NCBI GenBank assembly: GCA_963813155.1
Contig: CAWEYG010000003.1
Location: 256,001-320,000, forward strand
Origin: an uncultured Acidobacteriota bacterium
GTDB taxonomy: Bacteria > Acidobacteriota > Thermoanaerobaculia > UBA5066 > DATFVB01
Length of the DNA: 64,000 bases
Direction of reading: 5' to 3'
Shown piece after piece: positions 36,608-45,680 of this stretch. A program made the translations under genes and the position numbers. The notes beneath the pieces were generated by a model that saw only the letters and a list, made by a program, of their open reading frames with translations, made no database searches and had not been told where the DNA came from. The number at the start of each line of letters is the position of its first letter. The stretch's first letter is position 1.

Positions 36608-37572
36608 GAAGCGGCCTCCTCCGGCTCGGCCGTCTCCGGCGCCGAGTGGTCCTGCGTCGTCAGGCGCACGAAAACGTCCTCCAGGGTCGCCGTCTCCCCG
36701 GCCAGCTCCCTCAGCGTCCAGCCGCTCGCGACGGCCTTTCGGAACACGTCTTCGCGGCAGTCGACGCCCTCGTCGCACTCGAGGCGGACGCGCGTCTCGC
36801 CGGCCTCGGACGACTGGTGGATTGCCCGGACGCCTTCGAGCGACGAAAGGACCGGCCTCGCGTCCAGCTCGCCCGCGAACGTCGCGCGGACGATCGTTGC
36901 GCCCGCGCCGCGCCGCCGCAGCTCCGCCGGGGTGCCCTGCGCGACGATCTTGCCGCGGTCGATGATGAGCACCTGGTCGCAGATCGCCTCGACCTCGGGA
37001 AGGATGTGGGTGGAGAGCAGAACGGTCCGCTCCTTTCCCAGCTCCTTGATGAGCTCGCGAATCTTGATGATCTGCTTCGGATCGAGGCCGACGGTCGGCT
37101 CGTCGAGGATCAGGATCGGCGGACGATGCACGAGAGCGCCGGCGAGCGCGACCCGCTGCTTGTAGCCCTTCGAGAGCGTGCCCGTGATGCGGTCCGCCAC
37201 GTCGTCGAGCAGGCAGCGATCCACGACGTCGTCGACCCGCGCCTTCCGGTCGGACGACGAGATCCCCTCCAGGTCGGCGCGGTACTTCAGGTATTCGCGG
37301 ACGCGCATCTCGGGATACAGCGCCACGTTCTCGGGCAGATAGCCGATGGAGGCCCGGGCTTTGATCGGATCGCGGACGACGTCGTGCCCGGCGACCTTGA
37401 TTTCTCCCTCGGTCGGCGGGAGAAATCCCGTGAGCACGCGCATCGTCGTCGTCTTCCCCGCGCCGTTGGGCCCGAGGAAACCGACGATCGCGCCCTCCGG
37501 GATCTCGAACGAGATGTCGTCCACGGCCGGCGGGCCGTAATACCTCATCGTGAAATTTCGGACTTCGATCAT
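36604..37572 (-). CDS. GldA-like ABC transporter ATP-binding protein
   Basis: GPNGAGKTT, LSKGYKQR, LDEPTVGLDP and STHIL motifs. Confidence 0.9.
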   Translation of the reverse strand: MIEVRNFTMRYYGPPAVDDISFEIPEGAIVGFLGPNGAGKTTTMRVLTGFLPPTEGEIKVAGHDVVRDPIKARASIGYLPENVALYPEMRVREYLKYRADLEGISSSDRKARVDDVVDRCLLDDVADRITGTLSKGYKQRVALAGALVHRPPILILDEPTVGLDPKQIIKIRELIKELGKERTVLLSTHILPEVEAICDQVLIIDRGKIVAQGTPAELRRRGAGATIVRATFAGELDARPVLSSLEGVRAIHQSSEAGETRVRLECDEGVDCREDVFRKAVASGWTLRELAGETATLEDVFVRLTTQDHSAPETAEPEEAAS

Positions 37573-37587
37573 TTCTCTCCCGGTTAG

Positions 37588-37603
37588 AGCAACCCCAGTG
37601 CCA
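37588..37603 (-). promoter_or_regulatory. Sigma-54 (-24/-12) promoter of the Gld-like ABC operon
   Basis: Minus strand TGGCACTGGGGTTGCT matches the TGGCAC-N5-TTGC consensus. Confidence 0.75.
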
Positions 37604-37716
37604 TGCCGAAGCCCGCGCAGTCTAACGACTTTCCCGCGCGAATCAAAACCTGCCCGGGTCGTTTCGGCGCGAGCGCGCCAAATCCGCCCGCCAGATGAGC
37701 GTGTTATTCTTCGCGC

Positions 37717-38801
37717 ATGTCAGAGAAAAAACCGGCCGCGGCGGCGATCGCGGAGAGACTGAAGACGGCCCGCGCGAAGCTCGCCCAGTCGGGCGCCGAC
37801 ATGCTCTTCGTGACTCCCTCGACGAATCTTTTTTACCTGGCCGGCATCTCCTTTCACCGCAGCGAGCGCCTCACGGCCGTCCTGATTCCGAAGGACGGCG
37901 ACCCGGTTCTCGTCGTCCCGGCGTTCGAAGAGACGCACGCGCGGTCGATGACGCCGATCGAGCGGATCGTGACATGGCAGGAAACAGAGGACGCGTTCGC
38001 GAAAGCGGCTTCGTTTCTCGGAACGTCGAAAGGCACCCTTCTCGTCGAGCCCTCGACGGCGTTCGACGACGTCGAGAAACTGCTCGCCCACGCCTCCGGC
38101 TGGAACGCGAAGTCGGGAGCGAACGCTCTTCGCCGCGATGCGGATGGTCAAGAGCCCGGACGAGCTCGCGGCGATGCGGCGCGCGATCGAGCTGGGCGTC
38201 GGACGTTTCAAGGCCGCCTTCTCGAAGCTGCGCCCGGGCGTCGCCGAGAAAGAGATTTCCGCCGCCTTCGGCGGCGACAACGTCGTCCAGTTCGGGCCCT
38301 CGGCGGCCGTTCCGCACGGAGAGGCGTCGGAGCGAAAGCTCTCGAAGAACGAAGCCGTCCTCATCGACGCCTGGGACAATCCCGGAAGGGTATTTCTACG
38401 ACATCACCCGTTCGACGTTCTATGGAACCCCGACCGACGAGTACCGCAAGGTCTGGGACATCGTCCACGAGGCGCAGGGGGCGGGCATCGAGGCTGCGCG
38501 TCCAGGAGTTCCGTGCTCGCAGGCGGACGCCGCGGCGCGGCGCGTCATCGAAAAGGCGGGCTACGGCGAGTACTTCACGCACCGGCTCGGCCACGGCCTC
38601 GGCATCGACGTCCACGAGCCTCCGTACATGGTCTCCGGCAACGACATCCTGCTCGAGCCGGGAATGACGTTCACGTCCGAGCCGGGGATCTACCTGCCGG
38701 GCAAGTTCGGCGTGCGGATCGAGGACGACGTCGTCGTGACGGAGAAGGGCTCGGAAGTCCTCTCCCCTCGCCCGTCGAAGCTCGAGCCGATCGAGGCGTA
38801 G
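37717..38801 (+). CDS. Cytoplasmic Xaa-Pro peptidase (M24B), two frameshifts
   Basis: [39 protein letters not shown] and GVRIEDD motifs. Confidence 0.85.
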
Positions 38802-38804
38802 ACT

Positions 38805-39040
38805 CCAACCCCACCCCGACGCTGGACGCGCCACCCCTCCCCGCATTGCAAGGAGGGGAAAACACCGCAATGTCATTCCCGCGAAAGCGGGAATCGCCCG
38901 GCGCGGGCTCGACCTCACCCGGCCTCACGGCCACCCTCTCCATGTGGAGAGGGTAAATCGAGCATTCCCTTTAGTCGCGCCGAAGCCTTCCGACTTCGCC
39001 AAAGCGCTTCGTCGCGACGGCGAGTGGCGAAGGCGGATGT
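38805..39040. repeat. Cluster of REP-like GC-rich hairpins
   Basis: ATTCCC-GCGAAAGC-GGGAAT (38875-94), ACCCTCTCCATGTGGAGAGGGT, CCCTCCCCGCATTGCAAGGAGGGG and GCCTTC...GAAGGC. Confidence 0.55.
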
Positions 39041-39127
39041 CCCCTTTTTCCGTTTCCGCGATGAGCAGGGCGAGGGAGAACCTCGAAATGCAGGAAGGCG
39101 CAAGAAAGGCGTATACTCTACGAGCCA

Positions 39128-40120
39128 TGCCAGCGGCACCGATTCCTCCCCCGGCGCCCGGCCCGCGCCTGCTCGATCGCGTACGGGTTTGCGTACGTGC
39201 CCGCCACTATTCGATCCGCACCGAAGAGGCCTATGTTGGGTGGATCCGCCGATTCATCCTCTTCCACGGCAAGCGGCACCCGAGCGAGATGGGAGAGCCG
39301 GAAATCAACGCGTTTCTCTCGCACCTGGCGACGGCCAACAAGGTTTCGGCCTCGACCCAGACTCAGGCGCTCTCGGCGCTGTTGTTTCTGTACCGGGTGG
39401 TTCTCCTCAAACCCTTTCCCTCGATCGCCGACCTTATCCGCGCGAAGAAACCGAAACGTCTGCCAACCGTTCTCACCCGGGAGGAAGTCAGAGCCGTGCT
39501 TTCGCAGCTCGACGGTGTCCCGAAACTCGTGGCTGCCGTTCTCTATGGTTCGGGGCTTCGGCTTCTCGAAACCTTACGCCTTCGAGTGAAAGACATCGAT
39601 ACCGAAAGAAACCAGATCACCGTCCGTGACGGGAAGGGCCAGAAAGACCGTCTCACGATGCTGTCGGTTTCGGCCCGAGCAGGGCTCATCGAACATCTCG
39701 AGGGCGTTCGCCGCTTGCACCGCGAGGACCTCGGCCGGGGGGTTCGGAGCGGTTTTTCTCCCAGACGCTCTGGCTCGGAAATATCCCGGCTCCCCGAAGG
39801 AATGGGCCTGGCAATGGGTCTTTCCCGCGGATTCTCGTTCCGTTGATCCTCGGTCACAGGCGGTTGCCCGCCACCACGTTCATGAGCGCCTGATTCAGAG
39901 AGCCGTGAAGCAGGCCGTCCGAAAAGCAAAGATCTCGAAACCGGCAGCCTGCCATACTCTCAGACATTCATTCGCGACACACCTTCTGGAGGATGGCTAC
40001 GACATCCGGACCATCCAGGAGTTGCTTGGCCATAAGGACGTTTCAACCACGATGATCTACACCCATGTGCTCAACCGGAGCGGCGGACTGGGGGTGAGAA
40101 GTCCAATGGACAAGCTATGA
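39128..40120 (+). CDS. intI: Integron integrase (frameshift in the G-run near 39740)
   Basis: [40 protein letters not shown], integron-specific insertion [36 protein letters not shown] and [14 protein letters not shown]. Confidence 0.95.
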
Positions 40121-40281
40121 GCCCGTGTCGTTTTGACCGGTCGGGTTTTCGATCTTCGGCGACAAATCTCGTCGTGTTGATCGGTTCGTCAGGTGGCGAG
40201 GAAGTCGAGGGTCTAAAATGGGTTGGATGATAAAAGTGCCAGAAATGCAAATCGACTTAGGCGACAGATTTCGACGCGTTT

Positions 40282-40316
40282 GCCGAATCCTTTGGGACGC
40301 CGAATACATGTTCGCC
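40282..40316 (+). other. attI: attI site (crossover G40310|T40311)
   Basis: GCCGAAT-ACAT-GTTCGCC simple site with an upstream GCCGAAT direct repeat. GTTCGCCCACCC is complementary to the cassette 1 end GGGTGGGGCGAAC. Confidence 0.8.
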
Positions 40317-40326
40317 CACCCGAGCA

Positions 40327-40695
40327 ATGTTTAGGTCCATCGTCTTCCTCGGTCTGGTGGGGTTTATTGTCACGCCTGACGCCAGGGCTCTCCCTTCCGA
40401 CAAGATCACGGTTCCCGAACTGCTCGACCGGGTAGAGCCGCAGACGGTTCCACTGCCGAGTCCCCTCATTATTCGAAACCCGGAACTCAGGCTTCAGATA
40501 ACCGTCGACCCGACCGGCAAGGTCGACGACATCAAGGTGTTACGTTCCGTTCAACCTCGAGTTGATCGGGCCTGGGTGGCAGCGGTGAAACAGTGGCGGT
40601 ATAAGCCCGCGATGCGTAATGGGACGGCCATTCAGTACAAAATTAAACTCGTGACATGGGTCCACGCGGAACGATGGCCACGCGAAGCGAAGTAG
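40327..40695 (+). CDS. Cassette 1: secreted TonB C-terminal domain protein
   Basis: Signal peptide; ITVDPTGKVDDIKVLRS..DRAWVAAVKQWRYKPAMRNG. Confidence 0.75.
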   Translation: MFRSIVFLGLVGFIVTPDARALPSDKITVPELLDRVEPQTVPLPSPLIIRNPELRLQITVDPTGKVDDIKVLRSVQPRVDRAWVAAVKQWRYKPAMRNGTAIQYKIKLVTWVHAERWPREAK

Positions 40696-40705
40696 TGCGG
40701 GGTGG

Positions 40706-40766
40706 GGCGAACATCGGCGTGCAGCGGATGTCGCTTCGCTCCACCGCTGACGCCGGGTCGTTATGC
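40706..40766 (+). repeat. attC 1
   Basis: GGCGAAC...GGCGTGCAGCGG/CCGCTGACGCC...GTTATGC, extrahelical G. Confidence 0.9.
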
Positions 40767-40789
40767 CACCTAATCGGCGACGGGGGCAA

Positions 40790-41097
40790 ATGACGACGCG
40801 GGAGGATAACTTGCTTTCCGGCCGAGGGCGGTGGGCTCTTGGAGCGATCGCGATCTCCCTCGGGCAGGCTGCTTGGCTCTACAACACGGTCAAAACTGCA
40901 AACATTCTCAACGCGGCGCAGATACGGCCCATCTTGCTTCTTGGTCTAGTGGGCTGGTCTGTCGGCCTTGCCATGGGACTCGCGGGAATCCGAGTCGGCT
41001 CTCCGTCGCAAAACTCGTCTCAGCGCTCGGAATCATTGCAAACTTGGCCGGTGTCGCAGTCACGCTGTGGAAAATGGCGACCTGGTGGGTGGCCTAA
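40790..41097 (+). CDS. Cassette 2: small membrane protein (one frameshift)
   Basis: Three hydrophobic segments over two frames; TAA lies inside the attC inverse core. Confidence 0.6.
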
Positions 41098-41152
41098 CAT
41101 GCGCGTGCAGCGGATGTCGCTTCGCTCCACCGCTGACGCCGGGTCGTTAGGC
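41092..41152 (+). repeat. attC 2
   Basis: GCCTAAC...GTTAGGC, same internal palindrome. Confidence 0.9.
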
Positions 41153-41165
41153 CGCCGAGACTGAT

Positions 41166-41569
41166 ATGCCTTTGAGACCAAGGGATCTGGAGGCGCAGGG
41201 AATCCCGATCACGTTCGAACAGCCAGGCGAGGTGACCGTTCGCGTCGGCCCCTGCTCAGGGCAGAGATTAGAGCGCAAGAAGATCCCTTGGACGGCCGTC
41301 GCTACATCTGTGCTGGCACGATCTTCTTGAAGAACGGGTCGAAGCTTCAGGCAAACTTCGAAATCGAGACGCACAGCTTTGATTTCCTCGACCGCGAGAG
41401 CGTTCAGTGCCTCATCGGCGACGCTTGGTACGGAATCGACGAACCCGAGCTGTGGGCGGTACTCGGCATTTCCCAGAAGGATGGCTTGCCAGATTGCTGG
41501 TTGCCGGATGTCCCACTCGATTACCACGTCCCCGGCCCTTACCCGATGAACTGGAAGGGCAAGAAATGA
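41166..41569 (+). CDS. Cassette 3: hypothetical protein (one frameshift)
   Basis: MPLRPRDLEAQGIP... joins ORF 41288-41569. Confidence 0.55.
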
Positions 41570-41576
41570 CCCAGCG

Positions 41577-41637
41577 GCCTAACCCGCGCGTGCAGCGGAT
41601 GTCGCTACGCTCCACCGCTGACGCCGAACCGTTCGGC
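41577..41637 (+). repeat. attC 3
   Basis: GCCTAAC...GTTCGGC. Confidence 0.9.
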
Positions 41638-41654
41638 AACGTTAAGGAGCGTCG

Positions 41655-42030
41655 GTGGCTCAAGAAAAGCTGATCGTGCCCGATGATCGGCCACTGACGA
41701 GCGGTGAGCGTGAGTTGATCACGTGGCTGCTCGATCATGGGTCGGCGGAAGCGGCGGCATATCGCGGCCAGCTGTCGCGGGTTCATGTCGTTTCGAGGTG
41801 TGGGTGCGGCTGTCCGACCGTCGATCTCGCACTTGCCGGAAGCATCAAGCGGTCTGGATCGTCGGCGATCCTGGCCGACTTCACCGGCCGTTCACCAGAA
41901 GGCGTCCTAGTCGGCGTCATGCTTACTGGTCGCGAGGGCGAACTCTCGGAGCTTGAGGTTTATTCAAAGGATGGGGCAGGTCGCCACCTTCGGGGGGCTG
42001 CCCGTGCCGGTGGATCTGGAGTCGGCGTGA
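41655..42030 (+). CDS. Cassette 4: hypothetical protein with CGCGCP motif (DUF6984-like; 3' frameshift)
   Basis: AAGGAG RBS; RPLTSGERELI..RCGCGCPTVDL..GELSELEVY; probable stop TGA 42028-30. Confidence 0.6.
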
Positions 42031-42034
42031 CGTT

Positions 42035-42098
42035 GCCGAACATCGGCTTGCAGCGGACTGCGCCCTGCGGGCTTGCCGCTGAAGCCGGGTCGTTCGGT
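42035..42098 (+). repeat. attC 4
   Basis: GCCGAAC...GGCTTGCAGCGG/CCGCTGAAGCC...GTTCGGT (second attC type). Confidence 0.9.
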
Positions 42099-42103
42099 CG
42101 TCG

Positions 42104-42402
42104 ATGAGTCGCGATGACGGTCAGAAGTTCATCGATCGTTATGACGAGAAGCAGAGTCACAACCTCGACCCCGGATATTTCACGGGCGGTCGCCTGGAGC
42201 CGGTCTTCTTGGCGAGGAGGCCGAATAAATGGGGCTGGACGCTGCTCGTGGGCGGGTTCACGGCACTCGGGCGATCGTGTTGAATCGTGCAGATACGACC
42301 TGGTGGGAAAGTGGTCGTCGGCTCGTCGGCGTCGCTAGTCTCATGATCGTTGCGGGCGTCAAAGCGCGCCGGTGGCCGAATCGACGCGGAGGAAAACCGT
42401 GA
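42104..42402 (+). CDS. Cassette 5: small membrane protein (frameshifted; absent from the ORF track)
   Basis: MSRDDGQKFIDRYDEKQSHNLDPGYFTGG..WGWTLLVGG, then ..LVGVASLMIVAGVK..KP*. Confidence 0.5.
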
Positions 42403-42415
42403 GAAGGTCGAGACG

Positions 42416-42476
42416 ACCGAACATCGGCGTGCAGCGGATGTCGCTGCGCGCCACCGCTGACGCCGGGTCGTTAGGG
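42416..42476 (+). repeat. attC 5
   Basis: ACCGAAC...GTTAGGG. Confidence 0.9.
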
Positions 42477-42487
42477 AGACGGTAACC

Positions 42488-42902
42488 GTGAGAAGTTTCG
42501 TGAAGCCGCTTACCACCATTGTTCGTCGCCGTTGTCCTCACTTCCCTTTTCTGGAATTTGGCTTTCCGCCACGTTCCCGGGTCCATGGTGCTGTTTAACA
42601 TCGGCAGACTGGCCATCGCGGCGTGGGCAGGCTGGCGCGTTGTGTCACTCGGCTCGGGAAGTCTTTCCCAAGCCGCCCTATCCGGTGCGATCGTCTTCTT
42701 GATCGACCATGTGTTCTTGAAGGGTGGGTATTTTCTGGGCGAGGCCGTGCTTACTACCGGCGTCGACCGGCATAAGTACCTCCTCGCGTTCGGCGGCGTC
42801 TGCGTGTCCTATCTCATGTTTGTCGCAATCCCGGTCGGCCTCGCGGTTTGCGGAGGCTTAGCGGCCCGGTCGCGCAAGAGGGCAGAAGATGCGCCTGCCT
42901 AA
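42488..42902 (+). CDS. Cassette 6: four-TM membrane protein (likely 5' frameshift)
   Basis: ORF 42519-42902, hydrophobic; GTG 42488 has an AGGGAG RBS; TAA in the inverse core. Confidence 0.6.
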
Positions 42903-42957
42903 CATGCGCGTGCAGCGGACTTCGCTACGCTCGCCGCTGACGCGCAAGGCGTTGGGC
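42897..42957 (+). repeat. attC 6
   Basis: GCCTAAC..GCGCGTGCAGCGG/CCGCTGACGCGC..GTTGGGC. Confidence 0.9.
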
Positions 42958-42986
42958 AGCCAAAGTAAGGGTGGCGTGGAAAACAT

Positions 42987-43343
42987 ATGAAGTTGAGCAC
43001 TTCTAGGCACGTTCTTGTCGGCTCGGCTAGCCTTGTAGCACTCAGCACTGCAGTTCTGCCGTCGGTCACAGGATATGGGACCACGCTTTTCCAAATCGTT
43101 GTGCTTGGCGCCTGGTCGATTGTTGCACACCTATCCTCTGGAGCCTTCGCTGACCAACATCAGGGCCCGGTGTGGTTCGTCACGCTCATCCTTAATGTGG
43201 TGCTCTTTCTGGTCCCAGCATTGGCGGTCTATGTACCGGGACGAAAGCGTTTGCCGATGTTGACAGTGGTCGTTCTACTCTCTTGGCTGAGCTTCTACCT
43301 CGCATCGCTGTTCTTTCTCTCCCCGGCAACGGATGGACCATGA
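42987..43343 (+). CDS. Cassette 7: small membrane protein
   Basis: 118 aa, 3-4 hydrophobic segments. Confidence 0.65.
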   Translation: MKLSTSRHVLVGSASLVALSTAVLPSVTGYGTTLFQIVVLGAWSIVAHLSSGAFADQHQGPVWFVTLILNVVLFLVPALAVYVPGRKRLPMLTVVVLLSWLSFYLASLFFLSPATDGP

Positions 43344-43362
43344 TGGCAAGCGCGGCCGGGCT

Positions 43363-43426
43363 GCCCAACATCGGCTTGCAGCGGACTTCGGCCTGCGGCC
43401 TTGCCGCTGAAGCCGGGTCGTTGGGC
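43363..43426 (+). repeat. attC 7
   Basis: GCCCAAC...GTTGGGC. Confidence 0.9.
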
Positions 43427-43440
43427 GACGAGAAGCGGCG

Positions 43441-43756
43441 ATGACGGCACCTTCCATCTCGCGAGCTGTTGCCAAAGATGCTATCTGGGCTCGCCTCGGG
43501 CAGCTCCGAGTCGAGGTCTTATGACGATCTGCGGGACCTTGCTGATTCTAAGGAGAACCTCCGAGTCGACGGCGTTGACGCGACACTGTGCGTTTTCCGC
43601 GAGGCCCAGAAGGACGGCTCGATTTGGGTTATCGGGCAGCTCGCCACGCCATCACGACCTTTCCTCGTCGTATTCAGCAGCCGACAACTGTTCGCAGAAG
43701 GTCTTGAAGCGCGCTCTGACGGCTCTGTTCGCGTGCTAAGCGTAGAGGGAACTTGA
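43441..43756 (+). CDS. Cassette 8: hypothetical protein (frameshifted)
   Basis: MTAPSISRAVAKDAIWARL.. joins ORF 43469-43756. Confidence 0.5.
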
Positions 43757-43776
43757 TTACTTCACCGCAAGGCGTC

Positions 43777-43840
43777 GCCCAACATCGGCTTGCAGCGGAC
43801 TTCGGCCTGCGGCCTCGCCGCTGAAGCCGGGTCGTTCGCG
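43777..43840 (+). repeat. attC 8
   Basis: GCCCAAC...GTTCGCG. Confidence 0.9.
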
Positions 43841-43846
43841 CCCCGG

Positions 43847-44209
43847 ATGCAGGTCCTGCGCTCGATGGCGACGCCGGGTCTGGTCTTTCTACTTGTGGCT
43901 TCGCTGGCTTGCGTCAGTGATCAGCCATGCAGCACGCAATCGCCGAAGCCCATGAAGGCCGACTTTGAGGTGCCCCAGAACTTCTGGGATAAACATTCCG
44001 AGGGGAGCGTCACGCTTCGGGTCATCGTTGGGACCGATGGACGCATCACTTCGCCGGAGATTCTCCAGAGCAGCGGTCCAGACTATTCTGCGATCGCCCA
44101 GGAAAGCGTCTTGCGGTGGCAGTATCACCCAGTGATCTGCCGCGGTGCTCCCATTTCCTTCTATCTCACGGTGACGGTCAACTTCACAAAGAGTGGCAAG
44201 AGTGGATAG
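43847..44209 (+). CDS. Cassette 9: TonB C-terminal domain lipoprotein
   Basis: Lipobox-like SLAC; EGSVTLRVIVGTDGRITSPEILQSS..AQESVLRWQYHP..G.PI..TVTVNF. Confidence 0.8.
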   Translation: MQVLRSMATPGLVFLLVASLACVSDQPCSTQSPKPMKADFEVPQNFWDKHSEGSVTLRVIVGTDGRITSPEILQSSGPDYSAIAQESVLRWQYHPVICRGAPISFYLTVTVNFTKSGKSG

Positions 44210-44221
44210 CCGAGAGCGGGT

Positions 44222-44282
44222 CGCGAACACCGGCGTGCAGCGGATGTCGCTGCGCTCCACCGCTGACGCCGAATCGTTCGAC
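44222..44282 (+). repeat. attC 9
   Basis: CGCGAAC...GTTCGAC. Confidence 0.9.
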
Positions 44283-44300
44283 GGTCGAAGGGAGCCTAGG

Positions 44301-44717
44301 TTGGTGAACGCTGTTCTCGCCTTGGCAGCGGCGGCGATGTTCGGCACCTCGATTCTGCTCGCGCAGGGCGCGACGGGAGTGGGCGAGCCTCAGCCAGTCG
44401 AGATTCGTATTCCGGAATACCCGCTCTGGGCACGGAAGGCCCGTGTCCAAGTGACAATCGTCGTACGCGCCTCGATCGGTCCCGACGGCACCGTTAACCG
44501 TGCCCTCACGGTCAAAGACCCCTTTGCTAACCACAAACTCGACGATCTCCTGGAGGAATCGCTGAGTCGGTGGCGATTTCCCGCAGCTTCCGGACAAGCG
44601 GTTCGGGCTTCAGACATTACGTTTCATTTCGTCTTAGGCGACGAGACTCTCGTTAAGTACCTTCCACCAAACGAAGTCTTCATCGAGGCGACGATACCGC
44701 CCTTGGTGACTCGCTAG
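44301..44717 (+). CDS. Cassette 10: secreted TonB C-terminal domain protein
   Basis: Signal peptide; PEYPLWARKARVQ..IGPDGTV..SLSRWRF..ITFHF. Confidence 0.8.
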   Translation: MVNAVLALAAAAMFGTSILLAQGATGVGEPQPVEIRIPEYPLWARKARVQVTIVVRASIGPDGTVNRALTVKDPFANHKLDDLLEESLSRWRFPAASGQAVRASDITFHFVLGDETLVKYLPPNEVFIEATIPPLVTR

Positions 44718-44727
44718 CTATGCGACC

Positions 44728-44788
44728 GTCGAACATCGGCGTGCAGCGGATGTCGCTACGCGCCACCGCTGACGCCGGGTCGTTATGC
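44728..44788 (+). repeat. attC 10
   Basis: GTCGAAC...GTTATGC. Confidence 0.9.
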
Positions 44789-44802
44789 GACTCGAGACCG
44801 TC

Positions 44803-45231
44803 GTGAAGGGTCAACAATCGTTGCGCAATACGCTCGTGGTCGTGGGGGCATACTTCCTGGGGGCGCAGGTCGCCGTCCTGCTCTTCTGGCCGATGTCGCT
44901 ACTCATACCAACCTATTCTTCAGGGGAGGCAACCGCGGAGGCGAGGAAGATGGCGGTTATCGACGCCTTCTACCGTGTACCGATATTCATGGGAGCGGTT
45001 CTCGCAGGCGTCGGCGTCGGTGTGTGTCTTCAAAGTGCTCGGCCTCGGGTGTGGATCGTCGTAACCGGCGTGGTCGTCGCCCTCTGTACCCTATCCTCGG
45101 CTGCGTGGAGTCTTTTCCCTCTTGCCCAGGCGGTTCACCACTTCGAGCGCGCCGTGGCTGCTGGCTTGCTCTCATCGCTCGCATGCCTAATGACCCTCCG
45201 AAAGCGAAAGGCCGTGAATGCGACCGCATAA
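44803..45231 (+). CDS. Cassette 11: four-TM membrane protein
   Basis: ORF 44785-45231 with in-frame GTG at 44803; TAA in the inverse core. Confidence 0.65.
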   Translation: MKGQQSLRNTLVVVGAYFLGAQVAVLLFWPMSLLIPTYSSGEATAEARKMAVIDAFYRVPIFMGAVLAGVGVGVCLQSARPRVWIVVTGVVVALCTLSSAAWSLFPLAQAVHHFERAVAAGLLSSLACLMTLRKRKAVNATA

Positions 45232-45286
45232 CATGCGCGTGCAGCGGATGTCGCTACGCGCCACCGCTGACGCCGAATCGTTACGG
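45226..45286 (+). repeat. attC 11
   Basis: GCATAAC...GTTACGG. Confidence 0.9.
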
Positions 45287-45679
45287 CTTACCGTAACGAT
45301 TCTGCTCCGCGTCTGCGCTCTGGTGGTTGGGTTCCTAGCGGTTGTCTTTTTGCTGATGCCAGTTTACTTTCTGCGCTATGGGGCGGCGCCGATAGGAGAT
45401 GCAATCGCATCAGTAGGCGTTATCCTCTTGTCCCTCCTCTGTATGCGCTGTTTTCGATGGCTGTGGCGGCGCACTCGTTTTTGGACTGATTCACGATCAT
45501 TTAGTGAGGTCGCAGCACTAGCGGCAGCGATCGCTCTTTGGCCAGTCGCGATATATTTTGAGCGCAGAACGGTCGGAGTAGCAATAGATATCGTGCACAT
45601 GGTCGACGTTTCTGCTTATCGTCGGTGCTTACACCCTAGCTCGTCGTTGCTGGCACCAGAAGGCCAATCACAGTGCTGA
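45281..45679 (+). CDS. Cassette 12: membrane protein lacking an obvious own start codon
   Basis: Hydrophobic ORF open from the crossover TTA onward. Confidence 0.55.
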   Translation, partial: LRLTVTILLRVCALVVGFLAVVFLLMPVYFLRYGAAPIGDAIASVGVILLSLLCMRCFRWLWRRTRFWTDSRSFSEVAALAAAIALWPVAIYFERRTVGVAIDIVHMVDVSAYRRCLHPSSSLLAPEGQSQC

Positions 45680-45680
45680 G

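Noticed and set aside
39040-39128. LexA box controlling intI
   Set aside because: No CTGT-N8-ACAG or GTTC-N7-GTTC pattern seen upstream of the start.
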